Assembly: GCF_018350175.1 (NCBI RefSeq)
Contig: NC_058382.1
Coordinates: 50,160,001-50,224,000 of the forward strand
Origin: Felis catus
Lineage: Eukaryota
DNA length: 64,000 bases
Direction: 5' to 3'
Within the stretch, counting starts at the first letter, position 1. The number at the start of each line of letters is the position of its first letter. Below the pieces are notes generated by a model. The model saw only the letters and a list, made by a program, of their open reading frames with translations, was not told the DNA's origin and did no database searches. The translations under genes and the position numbers were made by a program. Shown in pieces: positions 39,475 to 52,744 of the stretch.

Positions 39475-40942
39475 TGAGGGAGCATGGAAGAGTGAGGACC
39501 CTAAGCTCACCTTGTCCTATGGACACTAGTAGATAACTCTCATATCAGTGTGAATAACCCAGAAAATGATTCAAAGACTGGCAGAACAAACTCCACAACT
39601 AAAGGTAGAAAAGAGGCCACATTGAAAAGGGTAGGGAGGGCAGAGACCCAGTGGGGACCTAAACAGACCCTTGGGCACAGAGAAGAGGGAGAAACAGGCT
39701 ATCACACTGGGGAGCCTAACCTTTGGCTTTGAAAGCAAGAGGGGATGAATTTTGTCAGTTCTTTCAATGAGTGGGACTTAAAGCCTGGAATTTTCCCCGT
39801 TTTTAATTTCAGAGAGAGAGCGTGTGTGTGTATTTGAACATTGCCATAACAACATCTTTCTAGATGTCTCCTGGGGCAAGGGAATCCAAAGTAAAATATT
39901 GGGACTACATCAAAATAAAAAGTTTATGCACAGCAAAGGAAAACCAACAAAACTAAAAGACAGCCTATGGAATGGGAGAAGATATTTGCAAATGACCTAT
40001 CCAATAAAGGGTAGGTATCCAAAATATATAAAGAACTTGTACAATTCAACACCCCCCAAAACAAATAATCCAATTAACAAATCCAATTAACAAAAGACAT
40101 GAACAGGCATTTCTCCAGTGAAGACATCCAGATGGTCAATAGACACATGAAAAGATATTTATCATCACTTACCTTCAGGGAAATGGAAATCAAAACCACA
40201 GTGAGATAACAGCTCACAGCTATCAGAATGGCAATATCTGACAGGGTGTTGGTAAGGATGTGGAGAAAAAAGGAACTCTCTTGCCCTGCTGGTGGGAACA
40301 CAGACTGGTGCAGCCACTGTGGAAGACTGGATGGATGTTCCTCAAAAAGTTAAAAGTAGAACTACTCTACAATCCAGTAATTGCATTACTGGATATTTAC
40401 CCTCAGAATACAAAAATACAAATTTAGACGGTCACATGCCACCCCTGTGTTTATAGTAGCATTATTTACAATTTATGAAGCAGCACAAGTGTCCATCAAT
40501 AGATGAATGGATAAAGAAGATACGGTATATATACACAATGGAATATTACTCAGTCATAAAAAGAATGAAATCTTGCCATTTGCAACAACATGGTTGGATC
40601 TGAAGAGTATAATGCTAAGCAAAATAAGCAAGTTAGGGAAAGACAAATACCATATGGTTTCATTCATGTGTGGAATTTAAAAATCAAAACAAATGAGCAA
40701 AGAAATAAAATAAAAAGCAAACCAAAAAATACATTCTTAACCGTAGAGAACAGACGGTTGCCAGAGGTCAAGTGAGTGGGGGGGGGGGGGGCGGTGAGTG
40801 ACACAGGTGGAGGAGATTAAGTGTACACTTACCTTGATGAGTACTGAATAATATATGAACTGTTGAATCACTATATTGTACACCTGAAACTAATATGACA
40901 CTGTATGGTAACTACATTGGAATTAACACAAAAAATAAATAA
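39475..40942 (+). mobile_element. Carnivore L1: 5'UTR joined to ORF2 3' end and 3'UTR (large internal deletion)
   Basis: 5'UTR-like gaggaccctaagctcaccttgtcc...agactggcagaacaaactccac to about 39795, then ORF2 end from about 39833. Confidence 0.8.
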
Positions 40943-41181
40943 GGGGCATCTGGTGGCTCAGTCAGTTAAGCGTCCAATTCTTGACTCAGGTCATGATCTC
41001 ACGGTTCATGAGATCGAGCGTCCCAGGTCAGGCTCTGCACTGACAGAGCATCGCCTGCTTGAGATTGTCTCTCTCCCTCTCTGTCCCTCGCCTGCTCATG
41101 CACGTATTCTGTCTCTGTCTCTCTCTCAAAATAAATAAACATTAAAAAAACAAAAGTAAATTTAAAAAAGGCAAAAAAAAA
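40943..41181 (+). mobile_element. Can-SINE in the L1 tail
   Basis: ggggcatctggtggctcagtc head, A-rich tail. Confidence 0.92.
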
Positions 41182-41513
41182 GATAGAAATGAATGTCTTG
41201 CAGTGCTTCAATTGACTACATGAGGTTCTCCGTGAAGAAGGTTTATTGTGCCCTTCTGCTCTTTGGTCTCTCAGAAGAACAGTATCTGATCGTCTTGCCA
41301 GATGGGAGAGCTGATTTCCAAGATTAAGGTATTAGAGCTCTAGCTGAGAGTTATTCTACAGATGAATCCAAGAATGCTGAAGATCCTGTGGATATGACTG
41401 TGGATATTGATACAGCCAGTTAATTCCTCATCATTTCTGATGACCTGAGAAACATCCAATGTGGGAATATCAGCCAGAAGCTGTGAGTGTGTGCTTAGAG
41501 ATTCAGCTACTGA

Positions 41514-41609
<96 letters not shown>

Positions 41610-42316
41610 TGAGAATCTGTTAACCAACAATGTGAGATCCAACTATCTTCAGAGCTTGAGTTCTGGACCTTAAATTTTAGACAAGAAAGCTACTTGTCTG
41701 CCAGCACTAAGCTTTAGAATGCCCTCTGGGTAAATGCCCAGTTACACTGAGTGGGCATTTTCCTTGATAAAGGTTTTGGACTATTTCCTTTGGTGACATT
41801 GGTGAGGGAACCCATTATCTTTACAGTAACTAAAATTTCAGTTTGAGTTACTGTGCCCATTCTTTTATTTTTTGGGTCCAAGTAATGGTGATCAAAGCTC
41901 CCTGAGTGTCTTGTGAGGAACATTCTACATCATAATCAGACATAGACTAATAAACCCAAATAACAAAGCAGTTTTATGACAAATGTTTTTGTGCTCATAG
42001 CTATGATCTTTTTCATTTAGTACACATGTTAGACAAACTGAAACACTATGAATCAACACAAATGAGGTTAATTGGAACATAAATTGTATTTTAAGTTTTA
42101 AGAGTCATGGTCAAACAGTTAACAATAGCATTGGTGATATAAATAACACACCGAATGCCAGAATAAGTGGACTAAAGCTTACATAGAACATCTAAACAAA
42201 AATTATAAAACATTCATGGGAGTAATTATAGAGGGCTGAAACAAATGGTGGGATATACCATGGCAAGGGATTGGAAGATTTAATACTGTAAAGTGGTATT
42301 AAAAAATATAGGTTTA

Positions 42317-42534
42317 GATCCTGAGAAACTTAACAGAAGACCATGGGGGATGGGAAGGGAAAAAAAAGAGGTTAGAGAGGGAGGGAGCCAAAACATAAGA
42401 GATTCTTAAAAACTGAGAACAAACTGTGGGTTGATGGGGGGTGGGAGCGAGGGGAGGGTGGGTGATGGGTGAGCACTGGGTGTTGTATGGAAACCAATTT
42501 GACAATAAATTTCATATTAAAAAATATTCAAAAC
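42317..42534 (+). mobile_element. Short L1_Fc-type 3'UTR insertion inside an old L1M (about 42170-43000)
   Basis: gatcctgagaaacttaacagaagaccatgg...ggaaaccaatttgacaataaa; TSD atata(g)(g/a)ttta. Confidence 0.9.
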
Positions 42535-45500
42535 AAAAAATATATAGATTTAATCAACTGCCTTCAAAATTATTGATAGAATTTGACATGATGATTTTAA
42601 AATATAGCTAAAATTGAAAAGGACCATGAATAGGCAAAAGAGTCTTGAAGAACAAAGTTGGAAGAATTATTCTATCAAATACAATAGTCATGATAAAGCT
42701 ACCTAAATGATACAGTGTGGTATTGGTGCTACTATAGACAATTAGATCATCAAGATAAAATAGAATAAAAAAATGAACCTATACTTGTATGGGCTATATA
42801 TTTATATAAGTGTATATAGATAAACTGCAAAGTTTACTCTTTGCAGTGACAAAGCAAAGTCTTTTCAAAAGATGATGGTGGGTCAGTTGGATGTCCAGAT
42901 GGATAAAAAAGATTCTTGTGTCACATGATGATCCAAAATCAATTTCAGATGGCTCATGGATCTTAAAATGAAAACAAGAGTGGCTCTAGAATAGATTACA
43001 TGATGATATCTTTTTGAATTATAGTTACATGGAATAAGATGCATATGTCTCATAAATAATACACCGTATAAGTTTACCTTATTATTACCTTGTTATTAGT
43101 TTGCCTTCTTGTCATTCCTCTTGGCATGTGGCTTAGAAAGTCTTTGTTCCAAATGCTATGAGCATTTCCTGCCCAGAAGGCACTATCCTTTGGCCCCATT
43201 TTTACGTCATGTAATTTTACATCATCCTATATTTTGCTTGGGAAATGTATTCACTCACTGCTGACTTGAAGAGCATCATTTCCATACTTTTCATTTTATT
43301 ATGCAAATAATTCAAGAAGCAACATTAAAATACATTTGTAGGGGAGGTATTAGTACTTTTGAAGCAAATATTTATATTTTATAAGCTAGTACTTGAGAAT
43401 TTTTTCTTAGCTGCTCCATTCTACGATAAAAGATGAGATGGCTCAAGATCCAGGAAACAATTGCTTTCAAAATTATAGTTTGTGATGGTTTTATGGAGTA
43501 TAATTATCTTCAAACTCAGTAAGTTGTATATATTAAATGTGTACAGCTTTTTCTATGTCAGTTATACCTTAATAAAGTAGTTTAAAAATTGTGTTTCATG
43601 GAATGAGGATAAAGATTTCTTATGCTCATCGGATCATATATGGTGACTGAGCCAGGATAATTGGCCGAAGGGATAGCTTATAAGCAGGTCTTGGGAGGGA
43701 ATATGTTTGTCACCTAGAAAAGCCACATGATATTAGTTAGATATCCTTGTTAGGCTTTCCTTAGTACTGATATGACCCACTAGTAAACTCTTCAATTTTG
43801 AGTTTACAAAATAGTAAACTCTCTATTTTGAGAGGAGTTTTCTCCTGTGGAAGTATCTCTGTATTGATGGAAAAAAGGTCCTGACCTGTGCTTGAGGGTA
43901 GCTTGTTCCAAAGAGGGACATTATAGCATCTTTTCAATAAGCTTTGAACAAAACTTACATAGTTTGAAAAATAAGTGTGAAAGGAGTATTCTTTACTCCA
44001 GAAAAGAAAACTATTTTTGTTTATTAGTAAAGTAACCAGTAGCTTAAGAGATGTTGCCTTTGTGCTCTAAAGAATATTGTTTTTTAGTGGATACGAGGCT
44101 AAAAAGGATACACAAAATATGTTCTCACCTTGCTGTATCTGTCATCAATGCATAAGGCAGATTATACCTTCGTTCAAGATCTTATAACATGTCATAAAAC
44201 TACATAGAATTTTACAATAGTAAAATCCAAAACTTTTATTCAGTTGAAGGTATTACCAATCAGAAAGGTCTAAGAGTCTGCCTGTCATATATTCACATAG
44301 CAGATGGTCACTGAATACATTTTGAATGAAAGGATGTTAAATCTCTTCCCTAAGGGAAAGTTCTAGTTAGTATATGAACCAGAAGTAGATGTCAAATCTA
44401 GTGTTCTGTTACATAATACTGTTATGTATAAAGCTGTTTGACTAAGGTAAAAGGACAAAGAAACCTATTTTCTCAATATATTTTCAGGGACACTTGTTCT
44501 TTGATGAAGTTGTTTTAAAGATGTCATTGGATCCTTAGTGTTTTTCTGACATACTTTATAGGTCAGATCAAAGATTACACTCTGGTTATAGGGGTCTAAC
44601 AGCAAACATAATCGCCATATATAGCACTAGGTTAGAAGTCAGTTTTGACTTTGGGCTAGATCCAGTTAGGAGATTTCTCAGTACTTTTTCCTAAAACTAG
44701 AAATGAGACAGATCAGTAGGTGGGCAGACTGGCTGATAATGAATACAAGGCTGTGTTTCCTGCTCTGAAAATAAGGAAGACACTGGGAAACTGTGCATGT
44801 GCTTGCTTGTTACCCAGGGCAGGGACTCCATTACATATGCCAAGAGACCTTTCCCAAGTTAGAAGAGACATGAGTTGTATCCAGAAAAGTCTGTGACAAC
44901 CACCAACAAGCCCACGTTTCAGTCAGTCTTTCTATTCATCTGTGTTTTAATTTGGGGGGCATTATATTGTACAATGTAATTCAACCAAATTAGATGCAGT
45001 GGTAAATACAATTACTCTTGATATTTCTATTACTATACTTACTACGTGCAAATCTACGAAAAGATTATTCTGCCTCGGTCAATCTTGCTTAAAGGGTAAA
45101 TAGGTGTTGTGTATCAAAGACCACAACAATCATCAGCAACTATATAAAGCTGCACTTTATCCAAAATACCCTTTTCTTTCCTAAAATATGCTTTGGTGGT
45201 GGAATATAGTGAATAGAGCTGATTATTCTATAGGAAGCACATAAAAGAATAGAGAGTTAATGGGACAAGGAAGGCAGACACATGTTATTGGGAAATTGAA
45301 TAATAAAAATAGACATTTGGATAATTGCAACAGATGGGCTTGACACAAAACAGAACAGTGCCAATGCAGAGACTGCTGCATTTTCACAAACAGTACACAG
45401 AACTGTATTTATTTATCCAAAATATTCCATTTATATGTATACAGACACAAGTGTACCAAAGTTCATTTTTTTCAATACTAAAGATAGCCTAATTTGTATG

Positions 45501-46059
45501 TGTGTTTGAAAATAAACCATTATAAAAATAGAATTATATGTATACGTATCAAGTTACTCCTACAAAAGAGTTGATTATAGAACATTGTATCCTTTCAAAA
45601 GGTCTTATATATGTGTATATATATATTTTATTTGTACATATTTGTTCTTAACAACTTTAATGAAAAATTGACTTCTGTGTCTGAGGTGCCCCTGGGCTCT
45701 GAAGAACCAGTCAGTGGATTTAGTTTTATCATTGCAAAGCCTGCTGGTCTTTGGCCCAGTCTTTATGTTTATATCTTCCTGGCCATGTTCCTGGCTTTGA
45801 CTGGGGCCTTGTGTTGATGACCTTTAGTTTTTATTTACTCCCTCCTAACTCCTTGCCTGGCTCTGAGTCAATCTGTGCCTCATCTTTGTTGCAAAGTAAC
45901 TTGTGAATCTGTACCATTCTGGAGTTCTGATTCTTTGGAGGATCCCTAGGAATTGTCAGTTTGGCAAAGAAGAAATGAGAAAGTTTTTGGTAACACTTCT
46001 TGCTTGTTAGGCTGCATTTAGCAGTATGGAGGTTTACTGGTGAGCCTAACAAGAGTCGT

Positions 46060-47800
46060 GTCTGTCAAGAAGTGGTGATGCAGGCTTGACTGGGCTGGGT
46101 TGGAGGTTAGGAATTGGGTAACTTGTTAGGATAACTCCATTGAGGCTTCTTGCTGTAAAGGAAACACAGAAATGAAGCATAAGCTATGTGTGTGTGTGGG
46201 GATATCTCTCTCTATAATTTTATATTTTATTAAAAATTTTTAATGTTTATTTAATTTTGAGAAAGAGCACAAGTGGAGGAGGGGCAGAGAGAGAGGGAGA
46301 AACAGAATCAGAAGCAGACTCCAGGCTCTGAGCCATCAGCACAGAGCCTGATGTGGGGCTTAAAGCCTTGAACTGTGAGATCATGACCTGATCTGAAGTT
46401 GAACGCTTAACCAACTGAGCCACCCAGGCACCCCTTTTATATTGTTATTTTAATTGAATTCGTTTTAGATAATAGAAACTTAAGTGAGCTTGTTGGCTGA
46501 AGTAAGCCACTTTAAAGAGAAGGGGATAACCACATGAATGGAGGGATTGGAGGTTGCATTTGAGGTATTAAGCAGAGGAAAGTATTAAGTATTCCTTGGG
46601 GATATGAGGCACTTACTGCCTTGTGATTGGAAGGAAGAAGGAAAAGGATTCACTGATAGATGAGTATGTAGATTTGTAGTGGAAAACTGAGTGGATTCAT
46701 GTATGCTTACTTTTGTTATCTCATTGAAATATGAAGCAAGAAAAATCAGTTGTGAGGAGATAAGTGAAACGGTTTTAACAGAGAAGAGACTGTATGAAAT
46801 CTTTCTCTAAGGAGTGGGAAAGTAAGCTTACTAGAAAATGGCAGGATTAGTGAGTAGTACTAAGTAAGTGCCACTTTGAGACTCACAGTCATGACTATAA
46901 AGGGGACACATGAGCTGGGTTGTTGGTTAAGGGGCTGTGTAGGTTGACATTCCACAAATGAGCTGTGGTTTTTCCCAGGAGAGTGAAAGAGAGCATGAAT
47001 AGCACAAAGTCAGAAGCATTTTAAAAGAGTGATTTTAATGATGCACCAAGAAAAGAGGCTGGTCAAGGAGCAGGGTCACTCAAGGTGGGACTTACTCAAG
47101 CGGGGTCACTCAGCGGGGATTACCATGGGGTCACTGGATTGGAGGTATCACGTGGTTGTGGAATGTGCCAGTAATGGGGGCATACTTGAGCAGGTGAACC
47201 GTTATGATCAGAAAGTGGATGATTAAAATTCAGTTTTAGGAAGTGGTGTAATGCCTGGTAGGGACAAGATGCAGGGAAGTCGGATGGGAGGTAGAGGTTC
47301 GAGGAGGATATCAGAGAACTAAAAGTGTAAGATGTTAGCCCATCGGTGTGGACATTATCAACATTGAGAGTACTGGCCGGAAGGTGGGAGGATGAGGAAG
47401 ACCCTGAGTCAGGATTTAATTAGTGAAGGGTTTAATTCATGAAGAATGTTTAGGAGATTAGCAGGGAGGTGCAATGAAAGAGAGGGTGGTGGGAATAGAG
47501 AGGCTGCTGTGGCCACAAAGTTGAGTTCTGGGGATCAGAGGAAAGGGGAGGAGGGACTGGAAAAAGGCTGGGAAGCCAGTTATGCAGTGTGTGAGACAGA
47601 AAAACAGTTTCTGGAAGAGAAGGTTGCAGAGGAGTCCCAGCAAGGAGCTGGGTTTCTGTAAGAGGAAAACACATAAAGAAAATGTTCTACAAATATCTCA
47701 GGTTGTGAAGAAAGACGACTGATCACACAGAGAAAGGTGGAGAGCAGTGCTTGAGTAGAAAGTTTGGAAGGAAAAGATCACTTAAGAATTAGGTTAGGGA
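46060..47800 (-). mobile_element. L2 relic (purine-rich antisense) containing a Can-SINE at 46230-46434 (-)
   Basis: ggataactccattgaggcttcttgctgtaaaggaaacacagaaatgaagc resembles antisense L2; the SINE is clear. Confidence 0.55.
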
Positions 47801-48243
47801 GAGGACAATGTACCTTGCCCCTTTAATAAGGTGTGTGGTTAGCAAAGGATTGTGCTATTTCTAAGCTGGAGTCTGGCTGCTTTATAGAAAGTTTTGGGTG
47901 ATAAATGTGTATTGCTAAAATATCTGCTAGAAAACAAACATCCTCACACTCTTCGGAAAATGAACTCAGAACAATTGCCATCGCACACTGGGACAACTGG
48001 CATCCATTAAGGGATTCTGAATACTCATCATACAAGACCATCCTCTACCTTGACCATTACCTCAATTTCCTAACTGGAAATGGATTCAATCCTGAAATAC
48101 TTGTCCTCATCTATGGGGCAGATAATATCACAAGAATTTCATTGAGCCACTTGTAACATACACTTGAGAAAATAACAGGAAGGGCAGAGTGACTAAAGAT
48201 GGTTTAGATCACTATGCTTACCATAAAAAATGCATTATTTTCT

Positions 48244-48441
48244 TTTTTTTAAAAGATGTTTATTTTTGAGAGAGAGAGAGTGCAAGCATGGGAGGGGCAG
48301 AGAGAGAAGGGGTCAGAGAATCTGAAGCAGGCTCTGTGCTGACAGCAGAGAGCCCGATGGAGGGCTCAAACCCATGAGCTGTGAGATCATGACCTGGGCT
48401 GAAGTTGGACGCTTAACCCACTGAGCCACCCAGGTACCCCC
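48244..48441 (-). mobile_element. Can-SINE (tandem pair, left)
   Basis: Flanked by aaaatgcattattttct. Confidence 0.95.
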
Positions 48442-48458
48442 AAAATGCATTATTTTCT

Positions 48459-48686
48459 TTTCTTTTTAAAAAATAATTTTTTAAAAAATCTTTATTTATT
48501 TTTGAGAGAGAGACAGAGTGTGAGCAGGGGAGGAGCAGAGAGAGAGGGAGACACAGAATCTGGAGCAGGCTCCAGGCTCCAAGCTGTCAGCACAGAGCCC
48601 GACATGGGGCTTGAACTCACAAACCGTGCGATCATGACCTCAGCCGAAGTCAGACGCTCGACCGACTGAGCCACCCAGGCGCCCCC
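48459..48686 (-). mobile_element. Can-SINE (tandem pair, right)
   Basis: Flanked by aaaatgca(t/a)tattttct. Confidence 0.95.
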
Positions 48687-49909
48687 AAAATGCAATATTT
48701 TCTAATGGTTAGATCAACATTAATGTTCGAATCAACACTTTGTAATTACATATTTTTTTGGTGAAGCAAATAAATAGAATTAAAAAAATGAACAAAGTCG
48801 AGACTTAGTTTTGATATTTTAAAATTAAACACAGATTTTTTCAGCAGTTTTTGGGTCAATAGCTATAGTTACATATCATTCTGTATCCTGTTTTGTGCTA
48901 TGTATTTGATCAGTGAGATGGTGATAGTAAGTTAAAGCTAAAATTGTATTTATTATGATATAATTTTCACACTTCTTTCTAAAGTAATCTAGGGGAGGAA
49001 ATTAGTACTGATACTATGTCAAGCAAGGAAAGTGATCAGATTTGTATGTGAAGTGGGGAGAAGTATTTGAAGGAGATGATACCTTTATATTACTTGAAAC
49101 TTATTTACTCCATTAGAAAAGGTCACTTTTCCCAGTAGATTTAAGGAAGAAAGATCACATTTGCTTAGAAGCAATGGACAGGCGTTTTGTAAAGCTGCAA
49201 AAGACCCTGAATCTGTTTTCATTATTCTATTATGGTGGGGACTCAGAGTTAATGCTACTGCAAATGTGGGGAGAAAGAGAGGTTTATTGTTGCCTAAAGC
49301 TTTGGAAATAAATTTAGAGCGGTCTCCAAGGAAGACCCTTCCATGAATGGCCTGCTCTCTTTTGTACTTGTCTGTTGCTATTTCGAGATGCTATTTTGTT
49401 ATTGCTAAGAGCTAGTCCAAATCTGATCAACAGAGGTTTCTCAAGAGAATGTGGGCGTGCTTTTTATCTTTGGAACTATTCAGTTATCTTTAACTTTAAA
49501 CTGTCTCTGAATAGTTTGATTTGATGCTTTAACAGAAAGTAATCCTCAAAACTCTTAATAGAGTGAAAATCTGATAACAGAAAAAAAGGAAAGATAATGA
49601 AAAATTGCTCTTAATTTTCTCATTTTTTAGAGTACAAAATAATAGATTTTACTTACAAAATTATCTTTATGTGGAATACATCTAGGAATGTGTACATAAA
49701 CCAAAAGACTTAAAAAGCCCCAATAACAGTACAAGCAATAGCGTGATTTTATATGCTTAAATGTGATTCTGTGGCTTATGAACTTTTTAAAGCATTTTTC
49801 TTTGTGTTTATTCTTGCCATATCAATTATGCACACTGAACCTCAGATGTATGTCTGATAAGTAGTAGGGATATTAATTTATGAATTACTATAATGAAGCT
49901 AATGTTTTT

Positions 49910-50344
49910 CCTTTTTTTAATGAAGTGTAGTTAACACACAATGTTACCTTAGTTTTAGGCATACAAGATAGCGATTTGACAACGCTGTGCGTGGTGCTGT
50001 GTGACCACAAGTGTAGCTACCATTTGTCACTGTACAACCCTGTTATAATACCATTGACTGTGTGCCCTGTGCTGTACCTTTCATCCCCTTGACTCATCCA
50101 TTCCATAACCAGAAGTATGTACCTCCTCCCCTCCACTCACTTTGCCAATCCCCCACTTCCCTCCCCTATGGCAGCCATCAATTTGTTCTCTGTTTTTAGG
50201 GGTTTCTGGTTTTTTTTGTTCATTTGTTTTGTTTTTTAGATGCCACATATGATTGAAATCAAGTGATATTTTTCCTTCTGTGAGTCTGGTCCATCCATGT
50301 TGTTGCAAATGTCAAGATCTCATTCTTTTTATGGCTAATATTCC

Positions 50345-50387
<43 letters not shown>

Positions 50388-51298
50388 ATACTACATATTT
50401 TTATTTATTTATTTATTTTTATTTAAAAAAAATTTTTTTTTTAACGTTTATTTATTTTTGAGGCAGAGAGAGACAGAGCATGAATGGGGGAGGGTCAGAG
50501 AGAGAGAGGGAGACACAGAATCTGAAACAGGCTCCAGGCTCTGAGCTGTCAGCACAGAGCCCGATGCGGGGCTCGAACTCACAGACCGCGAGATCATGAC
50601 CTGAGCCGAAGTCGGCCGCTTAACCGACTGGGCCACCCAGGCGCCCCTACATATTTTTAAAAAATATTTATTTTTGAGAGAGAGGTAGGGAAGAGGAAGG
50701 GAGGGAAGGGGAGGGTCAGAGAGAGAGAGGGAGACCAAGGACCCAAAGCAGGCTCCACACTGTCAGTAGAGAGCCCAGTGCAGGGCTCAAACTCATGATC
50801 TGTAAGATCATGACCTGAGCTGAAGTCAGGTGTTTAACTGACTGAACCACACAGGTGCCCCTTACACTACATCTTCTTTAAAAAAATTTTTTTTAAATAT
50901 ATGAAATTTATTGTCAAATTGGTTTCCATACAACACCCAGTGCTCATCCCAACAGGTGCCCTCCTCAATACCCATCACCCACCCTCCCCTGCCTCCCACC
51001 CCCCATCAGCCCTCAGTTTGTTCTCAGTAAAAAAAAAACTTTTTCAATGTTTACTTATGTTTGAAAGAGAGGAAGAGAAAGAGTACAAGTTGGGGAGGGG
51101 TACAGAGAGAGGGAGACACAGAATCTGAAACAGGCTCCAGGCTCTGAGCTGTCAGCACAGTCTGACACAGTGCTTGACCCCACGAACTGTGAGATCATGA
51201 CCTGAGCTGAAGTCAGATGCTTAACTAACTGAGCCACCCAGGTGCCCCTATACTATACCTTCTTTAACCATTCATCTATCTATGGACACTTAGGTTGA
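49910..51298 (-). mobile_element. Older L1 3' end containing (TG)n, three SINEs (50403-50647, 50660-50861, 51029-51248) and an L1_Fc tail fragment (50887-51028)
   Basis: Antisense L1 3'UTR (gtgtagttaacacacaatgttacc..., catccatgttgttgcaaatg) resuming ttctttaaccattcatctatc at about 51260. Confidence 0.88.
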
Positions 51299-51371
51299 TG
51301 AAGCTGATGTTTTTTTTTTACAGTAACAGAATTTTCATGTCATATAAAACGACATTCCTTTTTGTTGTCAT

Positions 51372-51579
51372 TTAAAAAAATTTTTTTTAATGTTTATTTC
51401 TGAGACAGAGAGCATGAGCAGGAGAGGGGCATAGAGAGAGGGAGACACAGAATCCGAAGCAGGCTCCAGGCTCTGAGCTGTCAGCACAGAGCCTGATGCG
51501 GGGCTTGAACTCACAGACCATGAGATCATGACCTGAGCCAAAGTCAGTCACTCAACGGACTGAGTCACCCAGGCGCCCC
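51372..51579 (-). mobile_element. Can-SINE
   Basis: SINE structure. Confidence 0.95.
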
Positions 51580-52357
51580 ATAAAATAATTGATTATTCAG
51601 GTAAGGGTTGGTGGTGTTGGACATGGAGAAGTCAGCAGTTTAAAAGAGAAGAATCCTCCCCATCCCCACAATGCTAAGGTTTGCCAAACTTCTCTCTGGG
51701 AGGTTGACCAGTCTTTAAAGAAGGAAACCACCTTATTCATTGTTTTTCCAGTGCTTTGGAGCTCTAGTAGATATGTGGCTTTGCATAGTCACTCTGGTGA
51801 GCTGAGGGCAGAGAAATGACTAGATTTTCCTTATAATTTATCAACTTCAACAGCACTTAAAAATTTGTTTACAACTTGGATCAGGTGTTAAAGAAATTTC
51901 ACACCGAAAAATAGTTTGAAGATTGTTCACTTAATACAAAACATTCAATTTATATACCGTGGAACTGGGACATGTGGAGGTTTTATGTCTAACTGTCTGT
52001 AGCTCCCCAGTTACAAGCCAGTTTGTGGCAGAATCATGAACAGCTCTTTATTTGTGTGCATCTTCCACATTCACCTCCTTTTCTTTTCCTTATCCCTATT
52101 TCTTTCTTCCCTTCCACCTGCCCTCCTTTCTTGCCTCCCTCACTTCCCTGACTTCATTTGCCAAGTACTGGATTCTATTTGAGATGCACATTGCTTGTCA
52201 TAAAGGGCACAGAGTTCTAGTTTAAAAACACAATAAACAAATCACAAAACAGCTTGGCGAATGCTACAACAAAAATATGAATGAGATAAACATGCAGTTG
52301 ACTGGGTTACTGTAAGACAAGCAGTCGCCTTTCCTGAGTCATGGAACAGTAGTTAAA

Positions 52358-52563
52358 TATTTATTTATTTTTGTTTCTTTTATATTTGAGAGAGAAAGAG
52401 AGAGAGAGAGCACATGATCAGGGGAGGTGCAGAGAAAGAGGGAGACAGAAGATCTGAAGCGTGCTGACAGCAGCGAGCCCATGCTGGGGCTTGTACTCAC
52501 CAACTGTGAGATCATGACCTGAGCTAAAGTCAGAGACTGAGTGACTGGGGCACCCAGGTGCCC
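52358..52563 (-). mobile_element. Older Can-SINE
   Basis: SINE structure; imperfect TSD tggaacagtagttaaa / tggtacagcatttaaa. Confidence 0.9.
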
Positions 52564-52744
52564 TGTGGTACAGCATTTAAACTCTGTGATGAGATTTACT
52601 TTCAAGTCTTCTCTCAGCCAGTGATTAGCTGTGTGACCTTTGATGACTTCCTTAATGTGGATTGCTTTATAGTTCTTACGGAAGGGAGAAGGAATCAGAC
52701 CAGCATTACTCCTTCTTCCTACTTACAAATCCATGGGAATGTCT

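Noticed and set aside
38438..40092. Small tandem duplications (ctgtatatactag..tattgtata x2 at about 38438; aatccaattaaca x2 at about 40067)
   Set aside because: Ordinary slippage duplications in or next to L1 relics.
47070..47140. Repeated gggtcact/actca units resembling a repeat-spacer array
   Set aside because: Only 3-4 short degenerate units inside an L2-like region; not CRISPR-like, and the DNA is mammalian.
47905..48156. 83-aa ORF and a possible 50-nt - strand exon (ccatag|ATGAGG...TTGAG|gtaatg)
   Set aside because: The core atccatttccagttaggaaattgagg resembles MIR; no recognisable protein.
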